The notes: a model not told the origin generated them from the letters alone. DNA of 64,000 nt from Acidobacteriota bacterium (GCA_963663035.1 OY760074.1:160001-224000); one strand, 5' to 3'; positions 37,951-47,931 are shown, numbered from the stretch's first letter. Program-made: numbers and translations.

Positions 37951-38375
37951 ATGGGCTGTTACAATTCTACTATTGTCGATGCGCCGGTGGACAAGGTCTG
38001 GGCGACTCTGAGAGATTTCCATGATTTCTCCTGGTGTTCCGATGTTGTACCCCAACTCGAGGTCGTGGGCGATGCCGGCAATACCGAAGTGGGTGCCAAG
38101 CGGTTATTGAACGGTGTTTTCCACGAGACCCTGGTGGAGCTCGACGATGAAGCGCGCCTTTTGCGATACAGCATCGACGACGGTCCCGAGGCGGTCTCCA
38201 AAGACAAGGTCAAAGGCTATATCGGGGAAGTTCGCGCGTTTGGGGTCACCGACGATGACTCCACTTTTGTCCTGTGGACATCCAGTTGGGAGTCCACGAG
38301 GGTGGAGTTCAGGAATTCTGTGATCCGATTTACAGAGCTCTCTTGGCCGCACTCAAGAGTCATTTTGCCTCCTAA
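37951..38375 (+). pseudogene. SRPBCC/polyketide cyclase (MxaD-like) gene with a frameshift near 38297
   Basis: The N-terminus is SRPBCC-like (IDAP.DKVW..LRDF). The expected C-terminal helix EGGVQEFCDPIYRALLAALKSHFAS* lies in another frame (38298..38375). Confidence 0.7.
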
Positions 38376-38438
38376 ATTGGCTGTAGTAGGGCTATAAAGT
38401 CACCCTTTTCACGTATATAGGTGTTTAAGGGGAAGAAT

Positions 38439-39197
38439 ATGTTCAAGAAAGGACTGGTTCTTGTGTTGTGTACGTCCACCATGGTGTGGGCTCAGTTCGC
38501 GGTCGCATCCATCTCAGGAATGGTCACCGATGAGGCCGGGACGCCCCTTGGCAAGGTGAAGGTTACCGTGAGACATCTCGATACGGGAAGAAACTGGTCA
38601 GTTCTCACAGACGATGCAGGAACCTACTCTGCGACCAGTCTGCCATTGGGAAGTTACCTGGTGGAATCTTCCAGGGAGGGGCTCACCACCGTGTTCAGAG
38701 GGACACCACTCAGGAGTGCAAGAGAAGTGGTGTTGAACCTCACCATGAAAAAAGCGGGACTCACCAGGAGAACAGAGGTGGAGGTTCCAGCTGAACCCCA
38801 GGTGCCCCAGACCAGTGAACCCAGCAGCCAGCCTGCTGCTGTGGCAACAGACCAGAGTGCTGACCTTCGTCCGCCCGCCATCGGGTTACCTCAAGAGCCT
38901 GGCGAGCTACCACTGACAAAGCAGTTTGTTTCTCCCAGCATTCAGGCTGTGCGTTTTGCTGTGCAGCTGGCCGCCTTCCGAACCAACCCACAGGCCGAAG
39001 GGTTACGGGCTATGTTGCAGGGCAGTGGTTATGAAGCCTATGTCGTCGAGGCCAATGTCCCAGAAGCAGGTCGTTACTATCGAGTGCGCGTTGGTCCCTT
39101 CGGCACTTCAGAGGAAGCGAGAGACGTGGCGGTCAACCTGCGCAACCGCTTTTCTGAACAGTTGGTTGATTTCTGGATCGTTCCCTACGGGCAGTAA
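38439..39197 (+). CDS. Carboxypeptidase-regulatory-like domain + SPOR domain protein
   Basis: Signal peptide. ISG.VTD..G..L....VTV...TD..G.Y domain, Pro-rich linker, SPOR motif FAVQLAAF...YRVRVGPF. Confidence 0.85.
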   Translation: MFKKGLVLVLCTSTMVWAQFAVASISGMVTDEAGTPLGKVKVTVRHLDTGRNWSVLTDDAGTYSATSLPLGSYLVESSREGLTTVFRGTPLRSAREVVLNLTMKKAGLTRRTEVEVPAEPQVPQTSEPSSQPAAVATDQSADLRPPAIGLPQEPGELPLTKQFVSPSIQAVRFAVQLAAFRTNPQAEGLRAMLQGSGYEAYVVEANVPEAGRYYRVRVGPFGTSEEARDVAVNLRNRFSEQLVDFWIVPYGQ

Positions 39198-39314
39198 TGC
39201 CTGCCGTTGCCTTTTCACCCCCCAGATCTTAATATGAACAGCGGTGTGCTGAGTCTGCGGGTGCTCGTCACAAACACCTGGAAGAGACCGTAAATCACGT
39301 TTTTAAGGAGGACT

Positions 39315-40216
39315 ATGATGTGGAGACTAAAAGGCCTTGGATGGGTCGTTTTCCTGGGCGGTGTCGGCATGGCACTCAGCGGCTGCGCCGAAGCTCCGTT
39401 CGTTGTGACCAGTGAAACTTAGTACGGTGCCATGTCCGAGCTGGGCAACGGAACGGTGTCCAGCTACGTTACGTTTGACGGGAGCGGGATGCCGCTGGCG
39501 ATCGGTCTGACCTTCTCGGCAGTGACCTGCCCAGTGGATCCGACTTTCATTACTGTTTTGACCGCAACGAGGATGGTGTCGTGGATCAAGACACTGAGTG
39601 CATCGTAGGACACGAGTGGGTTATTCCACTGCCCAGCAGAGTGTCGAGGCGATCGGACATCCCCTTTAAATGGGCCTTGCTCAATTGGAACCCGCAGGGC
39701 CATATTCCTCCCGGGGTGTACGACACCCCGCACTTCGACATGCATTTCTTTATCGAACCGATCGAGAATATCTTCGCTCTGGAACCAGGACCCTGTGGCC
39801 CCGAATTCCTCCGCTGTGACCAGTTCGAGTTGGCCACAAGGCCGCTTCCCTCCAATTACATGCATCCCGACTTTCAGAACGTGGATGCTGCTACTCCGGG
39901 CATGGGGAATCATCTGATCGATTTGACCTCCCCCGAGTTCCAGGGCGAACCGTTTACGCGCACCTGGATCTATGGCGTGTATGATGCCAGGATTATCTTC
40001 TACGAGGAGATGCTGACCCTAGCCTATATTCTGAGCCAACCCAGTCAGTGTTTCCCCATCAAGTCGCCGGCGGCGGTGGGAGTCAATGGATACTATCCCA
40101 CCCAGTCCTGCACGCGCTACAACGCTGAGAGCGATGAGTACACCGTTTCCATAGAAGAGTTTGTGCATCGCAATTACAGCGCCCCTGACCCGATACCCAG
40201 TGAGCCGGGAGGGTGA
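39315..40216 (+). pseudogene. Disrupted lipoprotein (DUF5602/TTHB210-like)
   Basis: AAGGAGG RBS and lipobox LSGC. In-frame TAG at 39420..39422 and a frameshift near 39520. The downstream part has WNPQGH.P.GVYD.PHFD.HF and PGMGNHL. Confidence 0.7.
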
Positions 40217-40232
40217 CCTGGACTCTCTCCCC

Positions 40233-40260
40233 TGTCAGTTGTCAGCTGTCAGTTGTCAGT
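40233..40260. repeat. Heptamer tandem repeat (TGTCAGY)x4
   Basis: TGTCAGT TGTCAGC TGTCAGT TGTCAGT. Contains the stop codon of 40249..41169(-). Confidence 0.7.
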
Positions 40261-41169
40261 GGTTAACCCTGCAATCACCGCGTCTTCGTATTCACTTCCT
40301 GGTGGAAGAAGATCGTTTGAGACCATCCAGGAATAGGTGTCCCAGAACTCTTCCCGGCTGTAGCCACGAATGTGAGCGTAGCGAGGGAACTGGACTCTGT
40401 CGATCAAATCCTGCTCGGGCACCTGCAGTTTGGGGGGCAGCTCTTCTATAAATTCTCGAATAGCTTTCTGTTGGTACTTTTCCGGCTGAAGGTTGATGAT
40501 GTCAACGCCCTGGTTCCAAGCCCGGATGAAGGCCTGTAAGGCCGGAAGCGGGGTGTGTCGATTGGCCACAAAGACACCAGGCCGTTGAGCCGGCTCCTCC
40601 AAAACCCGCACCAATCCTTTTGTTTCAGCCAAGGGGATGAGCAGATCCATGAGCTCGGCTATCTCTATCTCCCCCGCCAGAAGAGCTTGTAGACGTCGCA
40701 GCGGAGTTCCGACATGGACTGTCTGGATACGCTCGGGCGGCAAGTGCCGTTGGAGTATCTCACGGACCCCGTAAAAGGAACCCGCATGGGCATTGATCCC
40801 AATTGGGCGATCTGCCAGATCTTCTCCACCTTCAATACCCGATCCTGCTCGAGCAAAGAGTGCGTGCTGGTTGCTTCCATCGGACTCGCCGACGGCAAAA
40901 ATGCCAGCTTGGTGCCCCTCGATCGACCGCTTGATTCCACCCCACTGACACACCTTGTAGATGTCGAGCTCTTGCTCTTCGAGAAGCGATTCCTTGATCC
41001 GATGTTGGATATTCACTGGTTCAAATGCCTGACGGACCGGGTCGGGCTCTATCCACTCCACGTCCAGCCCCTGGGAAGGAAAGATTCCTTCTTCATAGGC
41101 GACTCTGCTGGGAAGGCGTCGTAAATAACGCTCCCCGTGTAGGCGGATCACGTGATGGGCTTCCATCAT
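40249..41169 (-). CDS. SsuA/THI5-like periplasmic-binding-fold protein without signal peptide
   Basis: Motifs VAYEEGIF..QGLDVE, DLA.RPIG and RL.ALL.GE. Last gene of the ABC operon. Confidence 0.7.
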   Translation of the reverse strand: MMEAHHVIRLHGERYLRRLPSRVAYEEGIFPSQGLDVEWIEPDPVRQAFEPVNIQHRIKESLLEEQELDIYKVCQWGGIKRSIEGHQAGIFAVGESDGSNQHALFARAGSGIEGGEDLADRPIGINAHAGSFYGVREILQRHLPPERIQTVHVGTPLRRLQALLAGEIEIAELMDLLIPLAETKGLVRVLEEPAQRPGVFVANRHTPLPALQAFIRAWNQGVDIINLQPEKYQQKAIREFIEELPPKLQVPEQDLIDRVQFPRYAHIRGYSREEFWDTYSWMVSNDLLPPGSEYEDAVIAGLTTDN

Positions 41170-41178
41170 CTGGGGTGA

Positions 41179-41982
41179 TTATGGACTAACTGCGCTGGGT
41201 TCGCCAACCTCCCGCTTGGGAAGCCACCTGAGCACACGCCGCTCCAGCCGAGCCAGCAGGCTGTTGGCGAGTACAATCAAAACGAAGAACACGGTCACAC
41301 CGGCAAAGGCACCGGTTGTGTCAAATAAACTGACCGCTTCACGGATATACAGACCCAGCCCAGCACGGGCTGCAATGAATTCTCCCACGGCGACCCCAAT
41401 GAAGGCGAGGGGCAAACTGGTCCGAATGCCGGTCATGAGGTGCGGCGAGATGGCAGGTAGGAGAATGCCATATACGATCATCCCGCCTCTGGCACCCATC
41501 AACCGGCCATATTTGATCAAGTCATCATCCAATTGGCGCAGACCGGAGTAAGTATTGAAAAAGTTGTGGAAGAAACTCAAGAGGATGACGAGGGCAACCT
41601 TCGAACTGAGTCCGATCCCCAGCCAAAGAATGAAGAGTGGGGCCAGAACCACTTTAGGGATTCCGTGTAATCCAAAGATGAACGGTTCCAGCAGGTCGGA
41701 CAAGACACGATAGCGACCCAACAGGTAGCCGACCACAATCCCACTGATGACACCGAGTGGAAAACCGATGGCCAGGCTGATCAGGGTGGCGCTCAAGTGG
41801 GGCCAGATTTCTCCGCTGTAGAACAAGTCGTTCAACCTCAGGAAAATCTCGCTTGGACTACTGATCACCCAGGCCTCCAGCCATCGGCCCGAGACCCACT
41901 CCCACAGGCCCAGCACTGCGCCAAGCAGGATGATTCGAAGTAACAAGACCCTGAAATATCCCATGCCCTTTAAAAAATCCAT
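41179..41982 (-). CDS. NitT/TauT family ABC transporter permease
   Basis: Motifs IPKVVLAPLFILWLGIG, EAA-like loop and GEF.AA..GLG. Confidence 0.9.
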   Translation of the reverse strand: MDFLKGMGYFRVLLLRIILLGAVLGLWEWVSGRWLEAWVISSPSEIFLRLNDLFYSGEIWPHLSATLISLAIGFPLGVISGIVVGYLLGRYRVLSDLLEPFIFGLHGIPKVVLAPLFILWLGIGLSSKVALVILLSFFHNFFNTYSGLRQLDDDLIKYGRLMGARGGMIVYGILLPAISPHLMTGIRTSLPLAFIGVAVGEFIAARAGLGLYIREAVSLFDTTGAFAGVTVFFVLIVLANSLLARLERRVLRWLPKREVGEPSAVSP

Positions 41983-41989
41983 TACCTTG

Positions 41990-42874
41990 TCAGTGCTCGG
42001 GTAACTCGGACTGCAGAAGGCGCCACAGCGCCTTATAGCAATCCCCATATCCGTCGTGATCATGGATATGAAAGACGTCGCGGGGACGGGAAAGGTTGAC
42101 CTCGAGCTGTCCCTTTATGCTGCCGGGGCGGCGAGACATGATCACTACCCTGTCGGACAGCGCCAGCGCCTCTACGATGTCATGGGTCACAAAGAGGATT
42201 GTCTTGCCAGTCCCTTTCCAGATTTTCAGCAGTTCCTGCTGCAGCAGCATGCGGGTTTGAGCGTCCAGTGAGCCGAAGGGCTCATCCATCAGCAGGACAT
42301 CCGGGTCATAGCTCAAGGCTTGGGCCAGAGCTGTTCTCTTTTGCATCCCCCCGGAAAGCTGATAAGGGTAATGCTCCTCGAAACCTCTTAAGCCGACCAT
42401 CTCCAGTAAGTTTGCCACCCGGTCGCGGCGGTTCTCTCTGGGCAGACCGCGGGCACGCAGGGGAAAGTCGACATTTCCAGCCAGAGTGAGCCAGGGAAAC
42501 AACTTGTTGTCCTGGGTAATGTAGCCCAGTCCCAGGTCACTGTTGATGCCGTTCACCAGAGTGCCTCGAACGTGGATTGAGCCTTGGTTGGGGGCCAAAA
42601 AGCCGGCCACCAGATTCAAAAGGGTGGTTTTGCCGCAGCCGGAGGGACCGACAATACTGACAAAAGTGCTCTCATCCACAGACAGGCTCACGTCGCGCAG
42701 GACGTCGACGGCGGCACCTCGACCCGGGAACGATTTTGCAACCTTCTGCAGCTGGATAATGGAAGCCCTGTCGCCTGGCTTTACTGGGGCTCCTTCGCTT
42801 GACCCCTGGCTGGACTTATTCGTCGAGGAACTCATTGGTCCACATGATGCCTTCCGACGTATCCAAGGGGTCAT
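41990..42874 (-). CDS. NitT/TauT family ABC transporter ATP-binding protein
   Basis: Motifs GPSGCGKT, LSGGM.KR and LLMDEPFGSLDAQTR. Start uncertain. Confidence 0.92.
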   Translation of the reverse strand: MTPWIRRKASCGPMSSSTNKSSQGSSEGAPVKPGDRASIIQLQKVAKSFPGRGAAVDVLRDVSLSVDESTFVSIVGPSGCGKTTLLNLVAGFLAPNQGSIHVRGTLVNGINSDLGLGYITQDNKLFPWLTLAGNVDFPLRARGLPRENRRDRVANLLEMVGLRGFEEHYPYQLSGGMQKRTALAQALSYDPDVLLMDEPFGSLDAQTRMLLQQELLKIWKGTGKTILFVTHDIVEALALSDRVVIMSRRPGSIKGQLEVNLSRPRDVFHIHDHDGYGDCYKALWRLLQSELPEH

Positions 42875-43901
42875 TGAGGATTCCCACGGTCAGGGCGACC
42901 TCGACCAGGCGGTCCCACTGCTGCTGAGTCATGGCATGCTTCTGAGGCAGGACAGGGAGGACCTGAGTTTCGAAAAGAGCGGCCACCTGATCTGGTTCCA
43001 GCTGCCCTGCGAACACATTCTGCAGAATTTGTAGAGTCTCGTCCGGGTGATCTCCTATGTACTGGTTGGCTCGTGTCAGCGCACGAACCACCTTGCGAAC
43101 GGTGTCAGGGAATTCACGAGCATACCGCTTGCGGGTGTGCAAAGCGTGAACCGGCAGATCCCGAATGGCCGGGAACTCCGTGAGCAGATCCACCAGTACT
43201 ATCGCCAGCTGGGAATCTAAAAAAGTTTTGTTTTCTGCGCCGCCCGTGGTGAGCTGTGCCTCTCCTGTTTGAAAGGCAAGCTTTCGTGCTGCCGGACTAC
43301 CCATGTACACGGTGTCCAGATGTGCTTGAGGTTCAAACCCGTGGCTGTGGAGCAGGTACTGGGTGTAGATTGCGGATGCACCTGCCCGGCTGGTGGTTGC
43401 AAAGGTGAGGCCAGCCACTCTCTCCAGGCGTTCTTTTACAGTGAGGTTGGGGTCGAGCCGAAGTGTCTGCGCCACATCGCTGCGGATAATCAGTTGAAAT
43501 GGAAGTCCCACGGTGATGGCTTGGACCGTGAGCAGATCGATGCCCTTTTCCTGAACGACAGGCGCTATCTCAGCTGTCTTCAGGGCGAACTGGGCATCAC
43601 CGGCAAGGAGAATGGTCACTGCCCTGGACCCGCCGCCTCCCCTCAGAAACTCTACCTGCAAGTCTTCCTCTACAAAGAAGCCCTTCCTCTCAGCAATGTA
43701 GATAGATGCGTAGCTCGGAGAATGACTGGCCTGGGCAATAACCACAGATGGGATCTGAGATGAAGGCCCGGAGGCAGGCCCGCAGCTGCTGATACCCAGT
43801 GCCAGGAAAGACACACACAAGCAGACACTGAGCCGATGTTTTCTCAAAACTTTTTCCTGAATATGGGCTGGAATGCTAGTCAGACGGCCCAACTTTGTCA
43901 A
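42816..43901 (-). CDS. NitT/TauT (SsuA/NMT1-like) substrate-binding lipoprotein
   Basis: Lipobox ISSC and motif YIA.RKGFF.EE.L.V. Start uncertain. Confidence 0.85.
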   Translation of the reverse strand: MTKLGRLTSIPAHIQEKVLRKHRLSVCLCVSFLALGISSCGPASGPSSQIPSVVIAQASHSPSYASIYIAERKGFFVEEDLQVEFLRGGGGSRAVTILLAGDAQFALKTAEIAPVVQEKGIDLLTVQAITVGLPFQLIIRSDVAQTLRLDPNLTVKERLERVAGLTFATTSRAGASAIYTQYLLHSHGFEPQAHLDTVYMGSPAARKLAFQTGEAQLTTGGAENKTFLDSQLAIVLVDLLTEFPAIRDLPVHALHTRKRYAREFPDTVRKVVRALTRANQYIGDHPDETLQILQNVFAGQLEPDQVAALFETQVLPVLPQKHAMTQQQWDRLVEVALTVGILNDPLDTSEGIMWTNEFLDE

Positions 43902-43947
43902 GACGAAGCGAGCCAGGGAGGTTGCTTTGCGTACGGCCCAGGCTCCA

Positions 43948-44023
43948 GGGCCCGTGGGCTGAAGCCCACGGCTCTGACTGATACTCGCTGGCTCCGATCA
44001 GAGCCGCAGGCTTTAGCCTGCGG
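43948..44023. repeat. REP/REPIN-like doublet, inverted copy of 17077..17153
   Basis: GGGCCCGTGGGCTGAAGCCCACGGCTCTG, a spacer, then CAGAGCCGCAGGCTTTAGCCTGCGG. Followed by degenerate heptamers to about 44050. Confidence 0.8.
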
Positions 44024-44058
44024 TCAGCGGTCAGCGTTTTAGCTGTCAGTTGCTTGGG

Positions 44059-44634
44059 CTACTTTTCCGCACAATACACGAAGGCTGGAGGCAGGTTCTG
44101 CCAGATGATTCGGGTGGCTAGGACTTTTCGAAACCTGGAGAACAAGCACTTCCTGAACCTTCTTCCGGCGGGGAGACAGAGTCCGTGGACGTAGGCAAAG
44201 GTGAGAAACTTTCCTCCTGGTTCCAGGACATCGGCAACAGTATCCAGTATTTGGTTCTGTACATTCTCGGGAAAAGAAGCCCAGGGTAATCCGCTGATAA
44301 TCCGATCACATTTCTCAACACCGGCCTCTTTGAGGTAAGTGGCCACATTCACAGCCGAATCATAATAGACAATCGCTTCTGGGCAACGTCTTTTGGTTTC
44401 CTTGACGAAGTTCTCATTGATTTCCAGGGCAAAAGCCTTGCCATCCTCAGAAATCTTTTCCAAAATTTTCTCGGTAAACACACCCGTACCCGATCCGAGT
44501 TCGACGACCATAGAAGCCCGTGACAGCTCCGCAGTATCGGTGATCAGGTCTGCCATCTCCTTAGAACTCTCTGCGATAGCACAGGTGAGGGTAGGGTAGC
44601 GCACAAATTGCTTCAGGAACTCGACTCTATTCAA
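44059..44634 (-). CDS. SAM-dependent methyltransferase, phospholipid N-methyltransferase (PmtA)-like
   Basis: Motifs AIAESS, VELGSGTGVFT, IISGLPW and NLPPAFVY. Confidence 0.85.
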   Translation of the reverse strand: MNRVEFLKQFVRYPTLTCAIAESSKEMADLITDTAELSRASMVVELGSGTGVFTEKILEKISEDGKAFALEINENFVKETKRRCPEAIVYYDSAVNVATYLKEAGVEKCDRIISGLPWASFPENVQNQILDTVADVLEPGGKFLTFAYVHGLCLPAGRRFRKCLFSRFRKVLATRIIWQNLPPAFVYCAEK

Positions 44635-44790
44635 CTCTTTCCTCCCAAACTCAACTCCGTTTCACATCCGGTTTCGAAAGACTGGTCATCCTATCATGTC
44701 AGAAATGGATATTGTATGTCTGTGATGGAGCTCGGGGAACTTGACAGCCTACCAACAGGATCTTAAGGACTCAGTAAAGGAGGTGTCGTC

Positions 44791-45675
44791 ATGAAAAGCA
44801 GTGAGATTCACACGGCGGTACGAGAGCGATACGCCAAGATTGCCACGACTGGTAGTACCTGCTGTGGTTCTTCTTGTGGTCCGACAAGCGAGCCGGCAGA
44901 AGATGCCGAGAGGCTCTCAGCCATGAGCCAGAAAATGGGCTACACCAGTCAGGAGCTGGAAGGTGTGCCAGAGGGAGCCAACCTTGGTCTGGGCTGTGGA
45001 AACCCGGTTGCCCTGGCCTCACTTGAAAAGGGTCAGGTCGTGGCTGATCTGGGCTCTGGAGCCGGATTCGGCAGCTTTTTGGCCGCCCAGCAGGTGGGAG
45101 GAGAAGGTAAGGTCATCGGAGTAGACATGACTCCGGAGATGATTGAGCGGGCCCAGCACAATGCTCAAAAAGGCGGCTATCAGAACGTGGAGTTTCGACT
45201 GGGTGAGATCGAACATCTGCCGTTGGCAGACCAGTCGGTTGACGTGGTTCTCTCAAACTGCGTGATCAACCTCTCGCCCGACAAGGAGGAGGTGTTTCGA
45301 GAGACCTTCAGAACTCTCAAGCCGGGAGGCCGGCTGATGGTCTCAGACATCGTGTTGCTGAGAGAGCTTCCCAGCTTCATCAAAGGCTCCATTGAGGCCT
45401 ATGTTGCCTGTCTTGCGGGAGCCGCAACCCGGGAAGCCTACCTGGCAGCCATCACAGCCGCTGGATTTGTAGATGTCCAGGTGGTGGAGGAAACTTCCGT
45501 TCCCGTGGACCTCGTTGTGAATGATCCTGTGACCAAGAAAATAGTGGACGGCTTGCACATTTCCCCTCAATCCCTGAGTGGAGTGGTTGATTCCATCAAG
45601 AGTATCCGCGTCTCAGCCCTGAAACCCCTCCCAGATTCGGAATCTGGAAGGGATGGAGTGAGTAACGACCTCTAA
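44791..45675 (+). CDS. arsM: Arsenite methyltransferase
   Basis: N-terminal CC, GLGCGNP, DLGSGAG, SNCVINL and ACLAGA. AAGGAGGT RBS. Confidence 0.9.
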   Translation: MKSSEIHTAVRERYAKIATTGSTCCGSSCGPTSEPAEDAERLSAMSQKMGYTSQELEGVPEGANLGLGCGNPVALASLEKGQVVADLGSGAGFGSFLAAQQVGGEGKVIGVDMTPEMIERAQHNAQKGGYQNVEFRLGEIEHLPLADQSVDVVLSNCVINLSPDKEEVFRETFRTLKPGGRLMVSDIVLLRELPSFIKGSIEAYVACLAGAATREAYLAAITAAGFVDVQVVEETSVPVDLVVNDPVTKKIVDGLHISPQSLSGVVDSIKSIRVSALKPLPDSESGRDGVSNDL

Positions 45676-45717
45676 TCTGCTGTTTCGGCTTGTTTGGAAG
45701 TTGGGATTTCCTCCTCC

Positions 45718-46848
45718 TCATCCCGCTTCGGCGGTAGCCTCGGGCGGCGGCTGTGGCCTTCGACGTTCCTGAATGTATTCGACCATCAACCGGCAGGAAA
45801 GCCCGATGGCCAAAAAGGAATAGATGCTCAACAGGAGCGGGCCGAATACCGGGACGGCCACGGAAATTCCCAGTAGGATAATTCCGAAAATGGTCCCCAC
45901 CAGAAAGTTGGACTGTCCTTTGAAAAGACTTATCAGAATCCAGTCGCCCAGGTAGTTCGCCAACAGGATGAGTCCATACAGCCATGCAGCCGGATACAGA
46001 AATAAGAGAAGGAGGGCCAGCGGAATACCAATGATCGTCACACAGAGCATCATGAAGATCGGCAAGAACATGAAAGTCGCGATAAACCCCCACAACAGAT
46101 CCCAAGCTAAGTTTTCTTTCTCCATTAAAGTGACACCTCTCTGGATTGAAGTTCGAAAAAGAAGGGCCAGGATCAGGATGGTAGCTGCCAAACCGATGAG
46201 CGTCATCACTCCCAGAAAGGCAACGACCCCTCGAGTCCAATCCGACACCATTTGGCTGATCCACTCATTCATCCTGGGCGAATCCTCCACCCTACTGAAG
46301 TCACCTTCCTCCACCCTTACATTTCCCTGGATGACCCCATCCCCCCTCACACTCACTTCGCCGACTCTCACATTGACCGGGCCCTCCACCACACCGAAGA
46401 CTGTGACTTCACCGAACTTGACGTCCACGCCGCCCGGGCCTACCCGTCCGTTGACCGTCACCTCTCCAGCTACCAACTCCACGCGGTCGTGGACCCGCCC
46501 TCGGACAGTGATCTCTCCCGCGATCATCTGAACATCTTCAAGAACCTGGCCGTCAATCTCGAGTTCTCCGAACAGCAGTTTGGCCCGTTTCACCACTTCG
46601 TTGGCTCCGATTGTCCTCTCTCCGGCGATCATGTCAATCACAATATCGGACTGCGGGATGGGCTCTTCCTGGGGAGTCTCCGGCTGTTCTGTTTCGATGG
46701 GTGCTTCGTCCGTGGACTGGCTGGCGGGCTGTGGCGCCGACTCCTCCTGCGATGCGGCTACACCCGCCTCACCCTCCTGTCCAGCGGCACCCGCCATTAC
46801 GAGCCCGAAGACCACCAAAAAGACGGCAAAATATCCCGGTTTATTCAT
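45718..46848 (-). CDS. Membrane protein with bactofilin/polymer-forming beta-repeat region
   Basis: Signal peptide, repeated G.V...V....GE.T units and C-terminal TM helices. TGATG-coupled to the upstream gene. Confidence 0.75.
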   Translation of the reverse strand: MNKPGYFAVFLVVFGLVMAGAAGQEGEAGVAASQEESAPQPASQSTDEAPIETEQPETPQEEPIPQSDIVIDMIAGERTIGANEVVKRAKLLFGELEIDGQVLEDVQMIAGEITVRGRVHDRVELVAGEVTVNGRVGPGGVDVKFGEVTVFGVVEGPVNVRVGEVSVRGDGVIQGNVRVEEGDFSRVEDSPRMNEWISQMVSDWTRGVVAFLGVMTLIGLAATILILALLFRTSIQRGVTLMEKENLAWDLLWGFIATFMFLPIFMMLCVTIIGIPLALLLLFLYPAAWLYGLILLANYLGDWILISLFKGQSNFLVGTIFGIILLGISVAVPVFGPLLLSIYSFLAIGLSCRLMVEYIQERRRPQPPPEATAEAG

Positions 46849-47258
46849 CAAGCCATGACTCCTGCAAATCGTTTGCGCAGCACCAGTTCGGCGGCCAGAA
46901 ACCACCCCACCAGGGCGTTCAGGAAGAACGCTACAACCACTGCCAGCGCCAGATAGGGATGCTGGGCGGCTAGTGCCACCGCTTTCGGAACCACCATCGC
47001 GCTGCGTGTGGCCATCCAAACCAGTGCTTCCCACTCCCAGTAGATGAGCCCCAGCACCGAGGTGGTAAAGAATCCCACATACACCGCCCACGCCCACCAG
47101 GGAAAGGGTGCGATGCGCGTCTCCGGCAGGCGCCTCATGGTGCGTTCGATCAGGCCTTCCGGAACGCTTACTTCCATGTCGTGGGCTAGCAGACCGTCCA
47201 GTTTGCGCTCCAGTGGGGTCTCACCCCGGTCCCACTTTTCTGATTCCTTAAAGTTCAT
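46848..47258 (-). CDS. Putative membrane anti-sigma factor
   Basis: Overlaps the end of the ECF sigma gene. P.GL.ER.M.RL motif followed by TM helices. Confidence 0.65.
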   Translation of the reverse strand: MNFKESEKWDRGETPLERKLDGLLAHDMEVSVPEGLIERTMRRLPETRIAPFPWWAWAVYVGFFTTSVLGLIYWEWEALVWMATRSAMVVPKAVALAAQHPYLALAVVVAFFLNALVGWFLAAELVLRKRFAGVMA

Positions 47259-47862
47259 CTCCTGTTGCCTCCATTCGGGCCTTCATTTTTTCGCGGGCGC
47301 GAAACAGCCACACTTTGACCGTCCCCGGCTTTTGCTTCAGCGTTCGAGCCACTTCCTCCACTGACCTGTCCTCCAGATAAAAGAGCACGACCGCAGCTCG
47401 ATGGGTGTCCGGCAACTCTGCCAGCAGACGCTTCACCATCTCGCGCTGTTCCCTTTGTTCTGCATATTGCTCTGCTTCCTGTAGTGGCTGGACCTCTTCC
47501 ACTGGCTTGCTGTGGAGGGCGTATTGCTGCTTGCCCGCCTTCAATCGGTCCAAGCACAAATTGGTCGCGATGCGCTTGATCCAATGGGTAAAATTTCCGC
47601 CGCTCCGGAAGGACGTCAGATGGCTCCACGCTCTCAGAAAAGTCTCCTGAAAGACATCTTCTGCGTCCGCTCTCTTGCCCAGCATCCTAAACGCCAACGA
47701 GTACACAAACCCGGAATAGGCCTGCATCAAGTCCTCGAAGGCTGCCCGGTCGCATTCTTTTGCCCGCTCGACCAGGGAAATAACCTCCGAGATCTCCAAC
47801 CGGCCTACCTTCTGCTCGTGGGCTCCCCGCATCCATCCGAGTGCCAATGTGGTCGCTTCCAT
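47248..47862 (-). CDS. ECF RNA polymerase sigma factor
   Basis: Region 2 motif DAEDVFQETFLRAW...W.KRIATN. Region 4 motif EEVA..L....GTVK..LFRAR. Confidence 0.92.
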   Translation of the reverse strand: MEATTLALGWMRGAHEQKVGRLEISEVISLVERAKECDRAAFEDLMQAYSGFVYSLAFRMLGKRADAEDVFQETFLRAWSHLTSFRSGGNFTHWIKRIATNLCLDRLKAGKQQYALHSKPVEEVQPLQEAEQYAEQREQREMVKRLLAELPDTHRAAVVLFYLEDRSVEEVARTLKQKPGTVKVWLFRAREKMKARMEATGDEL

Positions 47863-47903
47863 TTGTCCGTTTCCGTCAATCTCCTACCTATATATATCTA
47901 TAT

Positions 47904-47931
47904 ATACTTCCACCGTCCCAAGAAGGTTACA
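47904..47931 (-). promoter_or_regulatory. Putative ECF autoregulatory promoter
   Basis: Minus strand TGTAAC-N17-AGTAT, followed by a TA-rich tract and an AGGAG RBS. Confidence 0.4.

Noticed and set aside
38290-38300. Programmed frameshift in the SRPBCC gene
   Set aside because: No slippery heptamer or homopolymer at the site. A 1-nt deletion or sequencing error is simpler.
39420-39422. In-frame TAG as pyrrolysine or stop-codon reassignment
   Set aside because: The same gene also has a frameshift, and TAG is used as a normal stop throughout the window.
46849-47097. N-terminal extension of ORF 45718..47097
   Set aside because: It overlaps the anti-sigma gene in another frame. The ATG at 46848 gives TGATG coupling and a proper signal peptide.
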